Assembly: GCA_009602735.1 (NCBI GenBank)
Contig: WELA01000730.1
Span: forward strand, 89,583-153,582
Length of the DNA stretch: 64,000 nt
Source: Mesotaenium endlicherianum
Lineage: Eukaryota
Reading direction: 5' to 3'
Part shown: positions 24,483-37,699 of the stretch, in pieces
Layout: each line of letters starts with the position of its first letter
Position numbering within the stretch: the first letter of the stretch is position 1
Notes under the pieces: model-generated
Databases searched by the model: none
What the model was told of the DNA's origin: nothing
Seen by the model: only the letters and a program-made list of their open reading frames with translations
Position numbers and translations under genes: made by a program

Positions 24483-26276
24483 ACGTACTCTTTCTGCTTG
24501 ATAGTATGCTTGATGACTTCAAAAAGCTGTATGGTGATGGAAGCTCTCGTGGGTCCCAATCAAATTTATTCAGGTTTCACTTTTGTGTAAAGAGATGGTG
24601 AGGCGTGACATCTGCTTGGTGTTCACTGTTTTCTTTAAATATATGGTATAATATTTGTCAGGACGTGTATCTGATTCTATCCTGTCTCTTCAAAGTGACC
24701 TGAACTAACAAATACGTCCGCTTGAATGGAGCACCTTGCACTTGTGCGAGGTTGTCGAGAATGTTCAATGGGCCTGCTTTCATGCATGGCTTGAATGAGA
24801 AGGATGAGTATTAATACTCATTAGTTGAGAAGTATATGAGAGGGAATAAAACCCCGAGGTTTACATAACGAGCATTGATCAACCTAAAGACTGACACCAC
24901 TTGCCGCTGGCGAGTTTGAAAGCTTCACTTGTCACAGACAAACTTAATAGTAGACTTGCAGAAAACGTTGGCAGTATCTGGCAAACTGGAGTTGAAGATG
25001 GTGAATGAAGGGGGGCATCGTGCAGCAGAAGCTGCCGGGAAGGGGGCATTGACAGTGATGTGACTTTTTATTTATACATCTCCAGGCAGAAGGTCATTCT
25101 TGACCTGAAGTAAGCAGCAAATTTGCCTCCAGAAACAAGAAGTGAGAAAGTGTACCTTTGTTCATATTCAGAAGGGGATATAAAATAAGGTGACCTTCAG
25201 CTGATAAAAGGGATCATTTAGGGGCTGGTGTTACAAGCAACTAAGAAATCTGCAAGAAGTGTGAAGGGGAAGTAGCGTGGCGGGGGGAAGGATGCGCTTT
25301 TGTTGAAAAAGAGCATGTGTAGAAACTTGTAAGAGCCAAAACTTTCACATTACACGGCTTCATTCATGGTTACCTCTTTGCAATCATGAAGCAAACTTTT
25401 GAGAAGTTGCTGATGCATGTAGGTGTGTGTACCTCGTTCTTAGCACTTACTAGTAGCTCCACATGTATTTATGCTGCATCCAGGCAACAATGCCTTCATC
25501 CCCAATTCTTATGCTTAACTGCTCTCTGTTATTTCAGGAGCATCAGCTTCCCCACACGCTGTGTTTCATATACACCAATAAGATGCAAGCCTCCTTCATG
25601 CTCGTGCAGATGGATAAAAAGTTTGAGTACTGCAGGTTTCAATAAAGACTGGTAGAAGGCATCGCAAGCCTAAATCAAAAGAGTTAGTTTTACATCAGAT
25701 CCACGGCGTTTGCTTCCCGTACATCATCTCCGAAAGAAGTTATTCCTCACTAGGCGCCAGCGTATTCCTTATACAATGGACATGCATGACAGCGAGATGG
25801 AAGCAGAAAGGCACTTTCAGTGGTCCTAGTTCACTTTTAGATCCCTCCTTGATGACGCTCAAACATGCTCGATGGCAGCGAGCAGCTATACCACTTCCGC
25901 AAATTCACGGAGCGCTTTCAAAGGCTATGTGAACGTCGCGCAAAGAGGAGAAACACGAAGTGTCAGCATGCTTGCAAGGACAACTATATCTTAGAGTGAT
26001 CCGCTTGAGGATCCGAGCAAATAGCCCGCAACATGGGCATTAATTGTATCCACTGACTCCACTCGTCCCGTTTTAAACGCCACAATCATTGAGAAATGCA
26101 GAGATTCAGTCATGATGGACCTGTGCGTTGAGTAGATCAGATGGACAAGTATCCAATATCCTGGTTTGCTTGGTGCCAGTGACTAATGAACGGTAACTCA
26201 TAGCTGAAGACCAAAAGGAGTAGCTTGATCTTTGGATTCCTACCCTGGCATTATTATATCGCATTTTCCTGTCGAG

Positions 26277-26768
26277 ATGGCAACCATGACGAAAAGATTG
26301 AGAGAGATGATGTCCAAGTATGGAAAGGTTGCTGTGGGAGTGCATGTATCGGTATCAGCGTTATGCATGACAGGGTGCTACATAGCAGTACGGAGCAGCT
26401 TGGATGTTGAAGCTTTGCTCGAGCGCGTAGGCTTGATCAAGGGTGACAAGGCTGCAGAGGTTGCTGCTGTTACCAAGAGAATAGAGGCTGCAGAAGATGC
26501 CTTTGAGGAGGTCACAGGAATACACCCTCCTGGTGCACACCATGTCCATGCCAGCCCTCCTGGCACTTCTCAAGACACACATCAGCTGGAACCTTCCATG
26601 CAGCCTCAAGCAGGTGTAGATGCAAGTAGGGCAGCTATTGGTGGGGGAGGGGCACTTGCTCTCGCCTTTATTTGCAACAAAGCCCTCTTTCCACTACGAG
26701 CTCCACTCACCCTGGCTCTCACCCCTCAGGTCTGGAAATTCCTGGCTAGTAGAGGTTTTAAAGTGTAG
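26277..26768 (+). CDS. DUF1279 / FAM210-like small membrane protein (single coding exon)
   Basis: RLREMMSKYGKVAVGVHVSVS..CYIAVRSSLDVEALL and ALALAFICNKALFPLRAPLTLALTP match the two conserved DUF1279 blocks. Confidence 0.85.
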   Translation: MATMTKRLREMMSKYGKVAVGVHVSVSALCMTGCYIAVRSSLDVEALLERVGLIKGDKAAEVAAVTKRIEAAEDAFEEVTGIHPPGAHHVHASPPGTSQDTHQLEPSMQPQAGVDASRAAIGGGGALALAFICNKALFPLRAPLTLALTPQVWKFLASRGFKV

Positions 26769-27746
26769 TTGAAGTAGCCACCTCTGATCGGGCTCTGGGC
26801 TGAATTAATCAGCTGATCCGTCTTTCCTCCAGTCTAATCCCAAATTATAGTGGATTTGGCAGCCTTCATGTTTTATCGACGAGTTTCGCAGCTTTGCTTA
26901 ATCCATCAATGATAGTGAAAGGCTGCTGTGTTTCTGAGAAATCCTATTGTGAGGACGTGCTTTGAAGTCTTGGTGAGGAGAAGTTCTTTCACCTCCCTGC
27001 ATCCTGACGCTGTTTTCCAATCTTAGGCACCATATCTTAGCTGAGGTTGGGCCTGGGATGGATCATTTTGACAACACAAAGCACCAAACGTTATAAGAAG
27101 TTCCTTTCCGCTCATTGTTTATACAGGAAGCTTATTGAGAATATATGAGTATAGCATAGGCTATACTGCAAGCCCTGAGAGGCAATTGTATTCCTGATTA
27201 GCAGTCAAGGTGGCTAGTCCTCATCATATTTTACTTTCCTGCTTCAATTTGGGTGCAAACGTGATACTCAAGCCTGGTGATTGGCTTGAAGATAGTTCTA
27301 TGGACATTTCTTTACAAAGTATCATTTTTTGTGTCACTCATTTGGAGCATGAAGACAGGAATCGAAACAGTTGGAAGGCTCAATATTGCATGTGCACATT
27401 ATATGGCAAGCCTGGAGGTGCAGGCACCAGAAGAAATTGAATCCTTGCCCAGCTGACAGCTAGAAGTAACTAATTTGTCACAAAACAATGACTAATCCAG
27501 ACTAAATTCCAACCTGCACCAGTACTTACACGTCACATGCGAGTGTACCAAAAATTCATATCTACTACACTACGGCACTTTCGGGTTGGTTTCCTAATCT
27601 GCTGTCACTATACTACGGCAGATATTCTGCAGGCACACAGTCCTTACGTTGAAAAATCATGCTCACAAAGTTGCTCTGTCTGCAAAAGCACCGTACTGGT
27701 AAGGATGTTAACTAAGTTGACCAAACTTCTGCTGGAGAGGTGATAA

Positions 27747-30700
27747 TCACATGTACAGCTTGCCTTTGAATGCTGCAGCTATCATCTCCAAGCGTCGCAT
27801 TCTGGTGACACCGCGCTTTGGGGCACTGAAGGTGTCCTGCCTCCTATCACGCTGCGACCTCTGAGGAGACTTACTCCTGTTCCCACTGTTCCCACTGTTG
27901 CCCCCAGGTCCGTCCAAAGTAAAATCGCCCAAGCCCTTAACTTCATAGGCAATTGTGTGATCAAATCCTGAAGCTCCATCTGAAGCGCCACCGCGCGCTT
28001 CCTCCGCAGCAGGCTGGCCACTCTCAGAAGATGTGCTCCTGCCCCTTACCGACTCTTTCAGTTTCTGGCTTTCTTCTCTCCAGCCAGAAGCCTTCGCCTT
28101 CTTGGGCAGACCTGCAGCAGGAGGAAGGTCGTCTTGGCTGTGTTGTTGTGCAGAGGAGGAGGAGGAGGCCTGCCCCGTCAGGCTCCTCTTCCTAGCACTC
28201 GTATCCTCCACTTGCCCACCCTCAGCCCCTGCAGGCACCCAGCAACAGCCCCCCATAGTACTCAGCAAGGTAGCTCAACAATTCTCGTGCACTACAGCCC
28301 CCCACCCATCTCGCCCAACTTGGAAACTACACCTACAGAGGGAACTATTATGGAAGTAACCAAAGAATGAATCCCACCTCCACCTTTCGCTCCCACCCCC
28401 TTCCTCTGCAGGTCTTCTTGAGGCACACACACGGTCACCCACCAGCCAGCTCTTACAATCCCCGGGCTTCATATGCTGCTGCTATCCTACCAAGCATCAT
28501 ACATGAAGCTGCAGCGCTACAAAATTCCGGCATATGCAGAACTCCTTTACTGTTGAAACTCAGACCCGACCTCAAGCTAGTCTGAGACGGCTCCCTCCCG
28601 ACGTGGAGTGATGTCATAGAACTCCTGCCATGCCCTGATGGCCGCCTCCTCCAAGCTTGCAGCCTCACCACTACCGGGAACAGGGACCGCGTTCGCACCT
28701 GCGCGGGAGGAGCTGCTTCCTGCCGCCCTCTTCCGGGCCAGCCCCCCGTTCTGACTGCCAGGCACCCCCCCCCCTCCCTCGGCTGCTGCTTCACCTCCTT
28801 GCTCGCTGCCATCGCTGTCATTCTCCTCGAGAGCTCCTGCTGCTGCTAGCTCTGCCTGTGCCAAGCCGCCCGCAGCTAGAGCGTCGAAGGCACCAGCCTC
28901 TTCCTCCTCCTCTGCTGAAGACGTGCCGTCGACAGAGGAGCTCTTGTTGGCAGGCTTAGCGGCGGCAGCGGCCCTGCTGCGCGACTGCGAGGTGGCGGTC
29001 CTTTTGGGCGCCTTCTCCGCCACCTCCTTGGCGGGGCTCGGCCGGATGACAAGCTTCACAGTCGTGCCCAGGACCTCGAGGAAGGCCTGCGTCACCTGCG
29101 TCTGGAACGACTTCTTTTCGGCACTCTCCACGTTGCCACCTGGCAGCTCCAGCACGGCTGCGCACACACGGCGCCCAGAACGGGGCACCACGCGTCAATG
29201 CGTTGCTCGACGCATGGGCGCATGGCCGCGGGAGAAGGCAAGAGAGTCCCGCTGCTATGCAAGCTTTGGAACGTTCCGCGCAGGTATTCTCCAGGGTCTG
29301 GACGAAGTACACTTCAAGCATAACAAAATTCACATAGAAAAAGAGAGAGAGAACCATTACAACACACCCAATAAGCATCCCTCGCAAGTGCGCCTTTGAA
29401 GTGTCGGCGGGACAGTGCCACGGCTGAGCCACGGAAAGCGCGAGTAGACTGCCATGCAGCTGAAAGGGGGGGAGGGGGGTGGGCTGAGTGGCAGCCAGGC
29501 GGGCAGGCTGGGCGGCAGCGGTACCTTCCACGTCAGACAGGCGGGTCAGCTTGGCCTTGAGGAAGAGGCTCTTCACCGTCTTGAACTTGATGGCCTCGCA
29601 GTCGTAGACCCTCTTCTTGATCGCCTCCAGCTCCTCCGCGCTCAGCCCCTCCGCGCTCGCACCAAAGCCCTCCACCACCTCCTCCACCTTCTCCCCCTCC
29701 TCATCGGCAGGTGCGCTGGCCCCCTCCTCCTCTATCCCGCTCGAGGCAGCAACGACGGACCCCTGCCCTGCAGCCAGGGCCTGTCCCTTAGAGCGTGGTG
29801 CAGCTGCAACTTCAGCTGGAGCAGCAGCGGCAGGAGATGCTGCAGAAGGTGAGGTAGAACCATCTGTCTCCTCTGCCGGGACGTCAGCCAGGGCCGGAGG
29901 TGACAAGGGCACGGAGGGCGCCAGGTATGCACCAGCGCCGACATCGCCGCCGAGGGTTGCATCCTGCTGCTCCTCCTCGCCACCAGCGGCCAGGGTCTCC
30001 GCTGCCCCTCCGCTAAAAACAGAGGGCGTGCCGGTCGCGGAGCTGCCCGAGCTTCTCAAGCCAGAAGACGAAGACGGCTCTCTTCCCGCAGCGCGGTTCG
30101 CACCATCGGCGTCACTCGGCAAGGCAGCTTGGTCCTCCTCGGCATAGTAGTGGGCGTCAAGAAGAGCTCTCTGCTGCTCGAACAGCGCAGCACTGTCGCC
30201 ACCGGACGAAGACGTAGTGGAAGGAGGAGGAGGAGAAGGAGGAGGTGCTCTGCTCCGCGCATGTGGAGCCTCCTCCTGAGGACTGCGTCTGCCAGTGCCT
30301 GGCGTGCGGGTAGCAGGGGGCGTGGAGGGTGCGTGGGGGGATGATGGCGCGTCCGCGCGCTCGAGCGTCACCAGAACTGCCATGAGGTGCTCATGAGTGA
30401 GCTTCGCGTCCGTGAAGGGGTGGAAGCGAACGCTCGTGCCCAGCAAGCGCCGGTGGACCTCTGCAGCGCTCTCACATCCCCAGGCTGCGCACATAAATAC
30501 ACATACATATACACACAGAGAGAGAGGGGGGNNNNNNNNNNNNNNNNNNNNNNNNNNNNNNNNNNNNNNNNNNNNNNNNNNNNNNNNNNNNNNNNNNNNN
30601 NNNNNNNNNNNNNNNNNNNNNNNNNNNNNNNNNNNNNNNNNNNNNNNNNNNNNNNNNNNNNNNNNNNNNNNNNNNNNNNNNNNNNNNNNNNNNNNNNNNN

Positions 30701-33498
30701 NNNNNNNNNNNNNNNNNNNNNNNNNNNNNNNNNNNNNNNNNNNNNNNNNNNNNNNNNNNNNNNNNNNNNNNNNNNNNNNNNNNNNNNNNNNNNNNNNNNN
30801 NNNNNNNNNNNNNNNNNNNNNNNNNNNNNNNNNNNNNNNNNNNNNNNNNNNNNNNNNNNNNNNNNNNNNNNNNNNNNNNNNNNNNNNNNNNNNNNNNNNN
30901 NNNNNNNNNNNNNNNNNNNNNNNNNNNNNNNNNNNNNNNNNNNNNNNNNNNNNNNNNNNNNNNNNNNNNNNNNNNNNNNNNNNNNNNNNNNNNNNNNNNN
31001 NNNNNNNNNNNNNNNNNNNNNNNNNNNNNNNNNNNNNNNNNNNNNNNNNNNNNNNNNNNNNNNNNNNNNNNNNNNNNNNNNNNNNNNNNNNNNNNNNNNN
31101 NNNNNNNNNNNNNNNNNNNNNNGAGGGGGGGGAAGAGGGAGGCACCACAGAAGGGGTGACGACATCCGCAGCCCCGTCAGAGCGCAATTCGCGAGGGGGG
31201 CAGGCAGCCCCAGAGACCTCAATCTTGAAACCCAAAACAGGAGGCTCATGACAGGCATGCAACCCCAAGAGACAAGTACTATGAGATGAGATGCGAGACA
31301 CGCAAGGAGCTGCCAGGACACTACTACACGCACATAGCAGACAAGATGAGGCACTCCTCCCAGCAGTCCACATCTGGCACAGAGCCTGGCTAGAGCTTGG
31401 CTAAGGCTTGGCTGAGGCTCGGCTGAGGCTTGGCTGAGGCTTGGCTGAGGCTTGGCTCCCTCTGGCAGTACAATAGAGACAGGCAAGGCAACTCATTGGG
31501 ACCACAGGTGAGAGGCCCTGTGTGAGGGCGCCACCTGCCAGCGAGGCGAGAGCCTTCTCCGCGTCGGTGACGTCGCCCCCTCCGCCGACGCTCACTTGCT
31601 TCTTCTGCCCGAGGGTTCTGGTCAGCTTAACGACGCCGTCAAAGACCTCGCCCGCCGCGTAGCCCCTCTCCTGGAGGCGCTCCACACGCTCCACGACGCG
31701 CCGCGAGGCGTCGCCAGGTGGCAGGCAGACGGTATCGTGCAGGAGCTCCACCAGGCTGGCAAGGGGGACGAGCCCAAACGGCGCGCTAGCGAGCCCAAAC
31801 TGCAGACACGCGCTCACACAAGCAGGGGATGGTTAGGTTGTCGGACTTTGGACAACGACAAAAAATTGAAAGCTCCATCCCCCCAAGGCTGGTGCAGATG
31901 CGGCATGGCTCTCGCCAGTACACGATGAAGCAACGGCGCGGCACACGATTCCCTGCAGGCGACTGACACCTGCACATCGTCTAGACGACAAGTTCGACGG
32001 CAGACTCGATGGCCAGCATGGTCTCATGTGACCCATGGCCAGCATGCAGACTTAATGGCCTCTCAGCAGGGGGCATCCATGGAAAAGGCGCGCGCCACGC
32101 CAAGGAGCATCGGCGACTCACGTGCTCGTTGACCTGCTCCTGCGAGACCTCCTTCTCCTTGCTGGCGCCAAAGGCGAGATCCTCAAGCGCCACGAGGGCT
32201 CTCCGCATGGAGCCCTTGGCCTGCGCAGCAATCGTCTCCAGCGCGGCCTGTGCCACCTGCAGCTTCTCGCTGGCCGCCACCTGGCGGAGCCTCTGGGCAA
32301 TCGCGTCCGGCGCGAGCTTCGCAAACTCGAAGCTACGCCTGCTCAGCTCCGCCAGGCTGCCCTCCAGGTCCTTGCTGCCGAGGAAAATGAAGAGAGCGTC
32401 GTCGCAGCCATCCTTGATGAGGTCTTCCAGGGCCCACTGCGCCTTCTCCTTCAATCGCTCGTGGTTCCGGATGATGTGCACCTTTGCTGCCGCGCCTGCC
32501 CCGCCCTTCCCCATCTCCTCCACCTCCTTGGCACCGAGGCGGGACCACTCCTTGACACTGCCGCTCTTCCCCGCAAGGATGCTCCGACATTGCGTGCATC
32601 GACCGCAGGGCTTGTGCTCCTGCCCACCGCCCTCACAGCTCAGGCCGGCGGCGATGAGTCTGGCAGCCGACAGCTTTCCGGTGCCAGGGGGGCCGAATAT
32701 GGTGATGGCGGAGGAGACCCTCCTGCTCTCCACGAGACCCTTCATCTGCCTAACAGAAGAACCCTGCCCCACGATATCGTCGAAAGATTGGGGGAGATAG
32801 CGCTTGGTGAAGGAGAGTGTGTCGCCTGCAGTAATTGGCTGGAGTTGCGGCCGGAGTTCTTCAGAGGATGCAATGTCCGCATCCCCGCCCTGTCGATTTA
32901 GTAGAGGTCGGTGGGCGTCGCCGGATGGCGATGCCTCGCTTACTGCACGAGGCTGGTAAGGGTCGGAGGTTGCGATGCCCTTGTCCTCTCTCGGTCTTTT
33001 ATCGAATAGCAAGCTCGAATCCTGTACACTGGTCCCAAAGGCCCTGTCCCGAATCCAAGGTTTAGGTGTAGTGCTCCTCGCAACGGGCCCAGCAGCAGGC
33101 AACAACGGCCTCGGAACTGGCACCGGAAGTTCTTGAATGGGCACAGCTATTCCATATATTCCTCGCGAACTACCACTACTGATTTCAGCCTGAGGGCCTA
33201 GCCCGAAGAAGAAAGTGCTCCCTGCCTGAAGGCGCTTGGCTGCAGCCACACGCGGCTGTAAGCCCCTCAACATACCCAGCATGTTTGGGTCGCAGCATAT
33301 AGCGAAAGCGTTGCGGGTAGGATGGACAAAGAGAATGCCTTGAGAAGATTGAGTATACCGAAGAGAACAGGGTAAGAATGACCCGGGATTTGCAAAACGA
33401 ACAATGGACTGGGAGTTAGAAGTGCAACCGCTCGTCAGGGAGCTGGGGGCAAGGGTTTTGGGGCAAATTTCCACTAATGTACAATGTAAGGAAGCCAT
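27747..33498 (-). CDS. STICHEL-like / DNA polymerase III gamma-tau (DnaX) family AAA+ protein, multi-exon, spans gap 30532-31121
   Basis: Motifs: KRYLPQSFDDIVGQ (RFC box), GPPGTGK Walker A, Zn module LSC..KPCGRCTQC, sensor-2 AKGSMRRAL, and a C-terminal VLEL..AEK..QAFLEVLGTTVKLVI resembling the STICHEL/tau C-terminal domain. Start is at 33498 or 33282; stop at 27747. Confidence 0.85.
31385..31457. repeat. 11-bp tandem repeat (GGCTTGGCTGA) x ~6 in an intron of the DnaX-like gene
   Basis: Directly visible: gcttggctaaggcttggctgaggctcggctgaggcttggctgaggcttggctgaggcttggct. Confidence 0.85.
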
Positions 33499-35469
33499 GC
33501 TTCTATTCCATCAACAAGGGGAACTACTCAAGTGTCAAATTGTAACCATGATATTTGTCAAGGCAGGGACCCGTAGACAACGTCAGAGAGAGAGACTTAG
33601 AAAGGACTGGGCTAGACCTAGGCTTGCTCATAGGTTTGGTAAAATACGGTGACTTAGGAGCAGGGGTAAAACCTTTCACCCCTATTTAACCCAATATCGA
33701 CCACCCTTCATTTGTCGGCTTTGATTCATTATCGATTACGCCCGGAGCGCAGGCACCAGGGCGTGAAGCGCGACGCGACGTCGAGAAGCACGACAATGGC
33801 GTCATCGCTGGTCATGGCTGTCGAAATCGATGACCAAGGTAAAAATGTGAATTTAATTGAAAATTGAATTCAAGTTTGAAAATGCGTGCAATCTCGAGAT
33901 GCTGTCGCGACTGCTATCCACTTGACGGAGCCGCACGTGCAGCGCAAGTCACGGCCGCTCAGGTACGGGAGGTCAGCATTGACTCACCGACCAGAAGACC
34001 AAGTTATCTCAGTCAGCGGTCATGTTGAAGTCGTTGTCCCTGTCAACGTGGTCACGACACGTCACACCCACACCCAGGAGGGGATGGGGATGTGGACCGA
34101 GTGGTCAGCCGAAAGGCTAGGGGCATGGAACCAGCAATGAGCCAGCCCAGCGAGTGCCAAGAAAGGTACTGATCAATCGGCTATCCAAGCCAAGTACAGC
34201 AGGGATGTTGCAAAGGGCGTTGTGTGCCGCCTCGACTAGGCCCTCAGGGACTGGTCACGACCTGAGCGTTCATCCTAAACGCTGCCAGCCAGCCACATAG
34301 GCGTGATTGTCAGCTGGAAGGCTAAGTGGTCACGCGCAACAATCCCAATGCATGCATGCATGCTGAATGACAACTTCTAAGCTGTGTGAGAGCTGCTGGG
34401 TAAGGACGGCATGCAAGCTAAGCGCTGTGACTAAGCACTGGTATTCTCGAAAGAGGACAGTGTGTGGTGCTTGTGAAAGGCACGAGTCCTGCCTGAAGCT
34501 GCCTCATTCTTGCTCGCATTGTTGTCAAAGGAAGCTGAAGAAGCAGAAGGAGCGCAAAGAAGAAGGAGTTCCCAAGGCCATAGAAGGGCCGAGGCGCCAC
34601 GCTTCCACCGACGCTGGAAGATTTCTTCCTAAGTGTATCATAGAAAAATTAGGCCTCAGGAGTTCCCGAGAGAGGATCTCGCTGGTGGAAAGTAGAGAGC
34701 GGCAGAATAGAATGTGTTAGGAGATTAGCACAGATTGAGGTCAGATGCCGCAAGCGTGCGAGGGTCACTTAAAATGGTGAGCGCTTGGAAGTTAAGCGAA
34801 AGCCTTGAAGGGCAATTTCTCTGAACTTGACATTGCCTGTTAAGCTGCTTAGACGTGATTTTTGCAAACTACAAACTTGTTCATTCTGTAAACCCTCAAC
34901 TTGAGGGAAAGCCTGAGTGGAAGTAAGACGCGTCTGTCCTTGTAAGGGAAACTGAAGATAAGCTATGTTTTCAAAAATTTCTGCTAAGTGTTGAATGAGG
35001 ATCTGGTTGAACATGGGAAGCACCAAGTGTGGGATGGCTCACCGCATGATGCAAGTGCAGGAAGACCAGGAACGGGTCAAACCCCAACCAGTCTGTCACC
35101 GACACACGTGCAAGGGACGATCAACCCGGTCGATCCCCACGTGCAGCGACGCACCGACACGTCAACCAAGTCGAAGGCACACGTGCTGAGAAGCCACGCA
35201 CGTGCCAGGGGTCCGACGCAGTTAGGCACGACAATGAGAACAGGCAGGCTTATAATGCCCGCCATACTTGGAACTTACCCTTTTTTCTACATCCTAATTT
35301 CTCACGAGAAGAGAGCTGTGTGCTCTCTTCTCCACATTATATAATCATGCACCTTGCATACGCTCTACATGCAAGTGCAAGTTTTACAGAATTGAGTGCT
35401 GATAGAGCCCACGCACCCACCCTGAAAAATATATTTAGATAGCACAATAATATAATATAGATATATATG

Positions 35470-36188
35470 TGTAATGAATCAGTATACTGGTTGATATAAT
35501 ATTCATTTAAATAATATAGTTAAATAAGTTCAGCCTGCTGAACTCTAGTTAACAATCAGTCTTCTGGACTTTATACTTAATATCAGTTTAATGACTTGGC
35601 CGGAAGTAGCAGGCTGAGTTCACCTTAAGTCAGCTTGCTGACACATTCTTTGACAGCCAGCTGACTTCCGTACTCAGTAGCAGCGAATTGCCTCGACATG
35701 CATCTAAGTGTGGTGTGCTAGATGAATGGCCAGATGACATCCCTATGATGGATGGCGATTCGGGATGATGGGAGATGGCAGTGGATTTGGCAAACCGAGG
35801 TCCTACCAACGTGGTTAACTCCCGGGTAGGCGATGCCATCGCACTGACCGTTGAACAGTAAACTCATTCCATGTACATACGCTAGACATTGCTCTCGAGT
35901 TCGGCATTCGGAAACGAGGCCAACTCTCTTGTACAGCTTACTGAGAGAACTCTGAATCCAAGGCGAGAAGCCATTCATACGCACTGTCTTCTAACCTTGC
36001 TTATATATTTGTTTACTGATTTGCATCATTGATGCTAGTTTACTTGCATTTGACTTACGAGTATTATTCCCTGCTAGTGTATTGTCCTTTGCCGTTAAAC
36101 CAGTTAACGAAAATACCATAAAGATTACTTGCTGATATAAAGATCTTTATTAATCGTTGATCGCCTATTGGTAAGTCGATTCATTTCA
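35470..36188 (+). repeat. 5' LTR
   Basis: TGTAATGAATC...GATTCATTTCA with imperfect terminal inverted repeats; direct repeat of 43663-44381, about 27 mismatches by manual count. Confidence 0.97.
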
Positions 36189-36189
36189 G

Positions 36190-36201
36190 TAGTATCGGAG
36201 C
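36190..36201 (+). promoter_or_regulatory. Primer-binding site, tRNA-iMet type (slightly mutated)
   Basis: TAGTATCGGAGC lies 1 nt after the 5' LTR; the canonical iMet PBS is TGGTATCAGAGC. Confidence 0.75.
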
Positions 36202-36261
36202 GATTATCACAGTCTTCTTTGTATGGTAAGGACAAGGTCTCAAACTAGCAACTTTCGAGAC

Positions 36262-37699
36262 ATGGAGAACCAGGAGAACGAGAATGTCGAAAACCAGGCG
36301 GAAAGCCATGTAACAGAAATCGTACCTATTCGGAAGCAGTAGCAGATACTGCAGCTAAAGAGGCTGCAGAGGAGGCAGCTGCTATTGCCTCAGTCGCAGC
36401 TCAGCAAGCTGAGGAGGAGAGAGCCAGGCTAGAAGCTGAACAAGTAGCAAAGGCCGCTGAAGATACAGAAAGGAGGGAAAGACAGCCAGCTGACGAGCGC
36501 ACTGTCGAGGAACTCAAGGAATCAACGGCCAATGTTCTGAACCCACCCCCTGCTGTACAACTCAACGTACCCCTAGGTCAAATACGTGACCGGCTGAATG
36601 CGGCAGGAATTGCTGCTGCAGGAGCGAGAGGGACTGTTGAGGACACTACTCAGCGAGTAGATGCCAATGCAACTGCTGCATTTGCTAGACTACCACCCCA
36701 GAGTGTAGACTTGGGAGCATTGTTCGTTCAAATGCAATCACAAATGGCGACCATGTATCAGTCCCAGCAGGAGGACAAAAGAATCATAATGTCCCTACTG
36801 CGGGACAGAGACCAACTGGGGTCTCACACCACTAGTGGAGGTGGCCGAGGGCCTAGTAAGCCCAAGCCAAAACCTCCCCAGAATATGATCCTGAGGGAAA
36901 CAGAAAATATTATCTGATCAAGTTTCTCGCGGATGTTGAGCAGTGGCTGGAGAATTACCCAGAACTGCAAGATTACGAGAAGGTCAGGCACACCGGTGCG
37001 CTACTGAAAGGCAGTGCCGCAGACTGGTGGCTTTACTGGAAGGAAGAGCGTAAGGCTCGGCAACTCGGTGACCCTACGTGGGTAGAGTTTGTCGAGAAGT
37101 TGCATGAGAAGTTTGATGTCATCAACCAGCAGGAGAAAGCTATCTATGCGATGATCTCCCTGACACTGAAGCAGACCACTTCAGTTGCTGAGTTTGCTCA
37201 AAAGTTCCAAGAGAACATGATGAAGCAGCCGGATTTGCCAGAACGGTATAGGATAGCATACTTCAGGTATGGCTTGAAATCCGAGGTCTCTGGTCATTTT
37301 GCTGAGAAAAAGTATGAGAAACTGGCTGACTTGATCCAGGATGCTGACGCCTAGGATCAGCAGCAGTTCAATCACAAGCGCCAGAGTAACGCTTTGGTGT
37401 CTAAGATTGTCAAAAAGCCCCACGGTTCCTACAATGCAGTTGAAGGAGACCAGGCTGAGGATAATCAGGGTGATGAATATGAGTATGAGTACAATGCTAT
37501 TCAGTCTAGAGGTAGAGGTGGTCCCTCTCGAGGTGGCTATGGAAGGGGTGGTGGTAGGACTAAGCCGAGACCAGCCTCAGCAAAATCTACTTGCTACCAT
37601 TGTCAGCAGAAAGGCCACTACAGAGAACAGTGTCCGGTCAAGCACCTGCCTAAGGTCGAGAGAAAAGACCAGCCTTTAAAAGACAGCAACAGTCAGTAA
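36262..37699 (+). pseudogene. gag: gag (retrotransposon gag domain plus CCHC knuckle), disrupted
   Basis: ATG at 36262; ..ALLKGSAADWW..TWVEFVEKLHEKF..LKQTTSVAEFAQKF..FRYGLK; CYHCQQKGHYREQC knuckle. Frameshifts near 36320 and 36880 and an in-frame TAG at 37352-37354. Confidence 0.9.

Noticed and set aside
24900..26230. Possible small multi-exon gene between RPA49 and the DUF1279 gene
   Set aside because: Several splice-like sites occur on both strands (e.g. minus-strand QLLKSLLHDCKE), but I could not build a consistent open spliced frame or recognisable protein.
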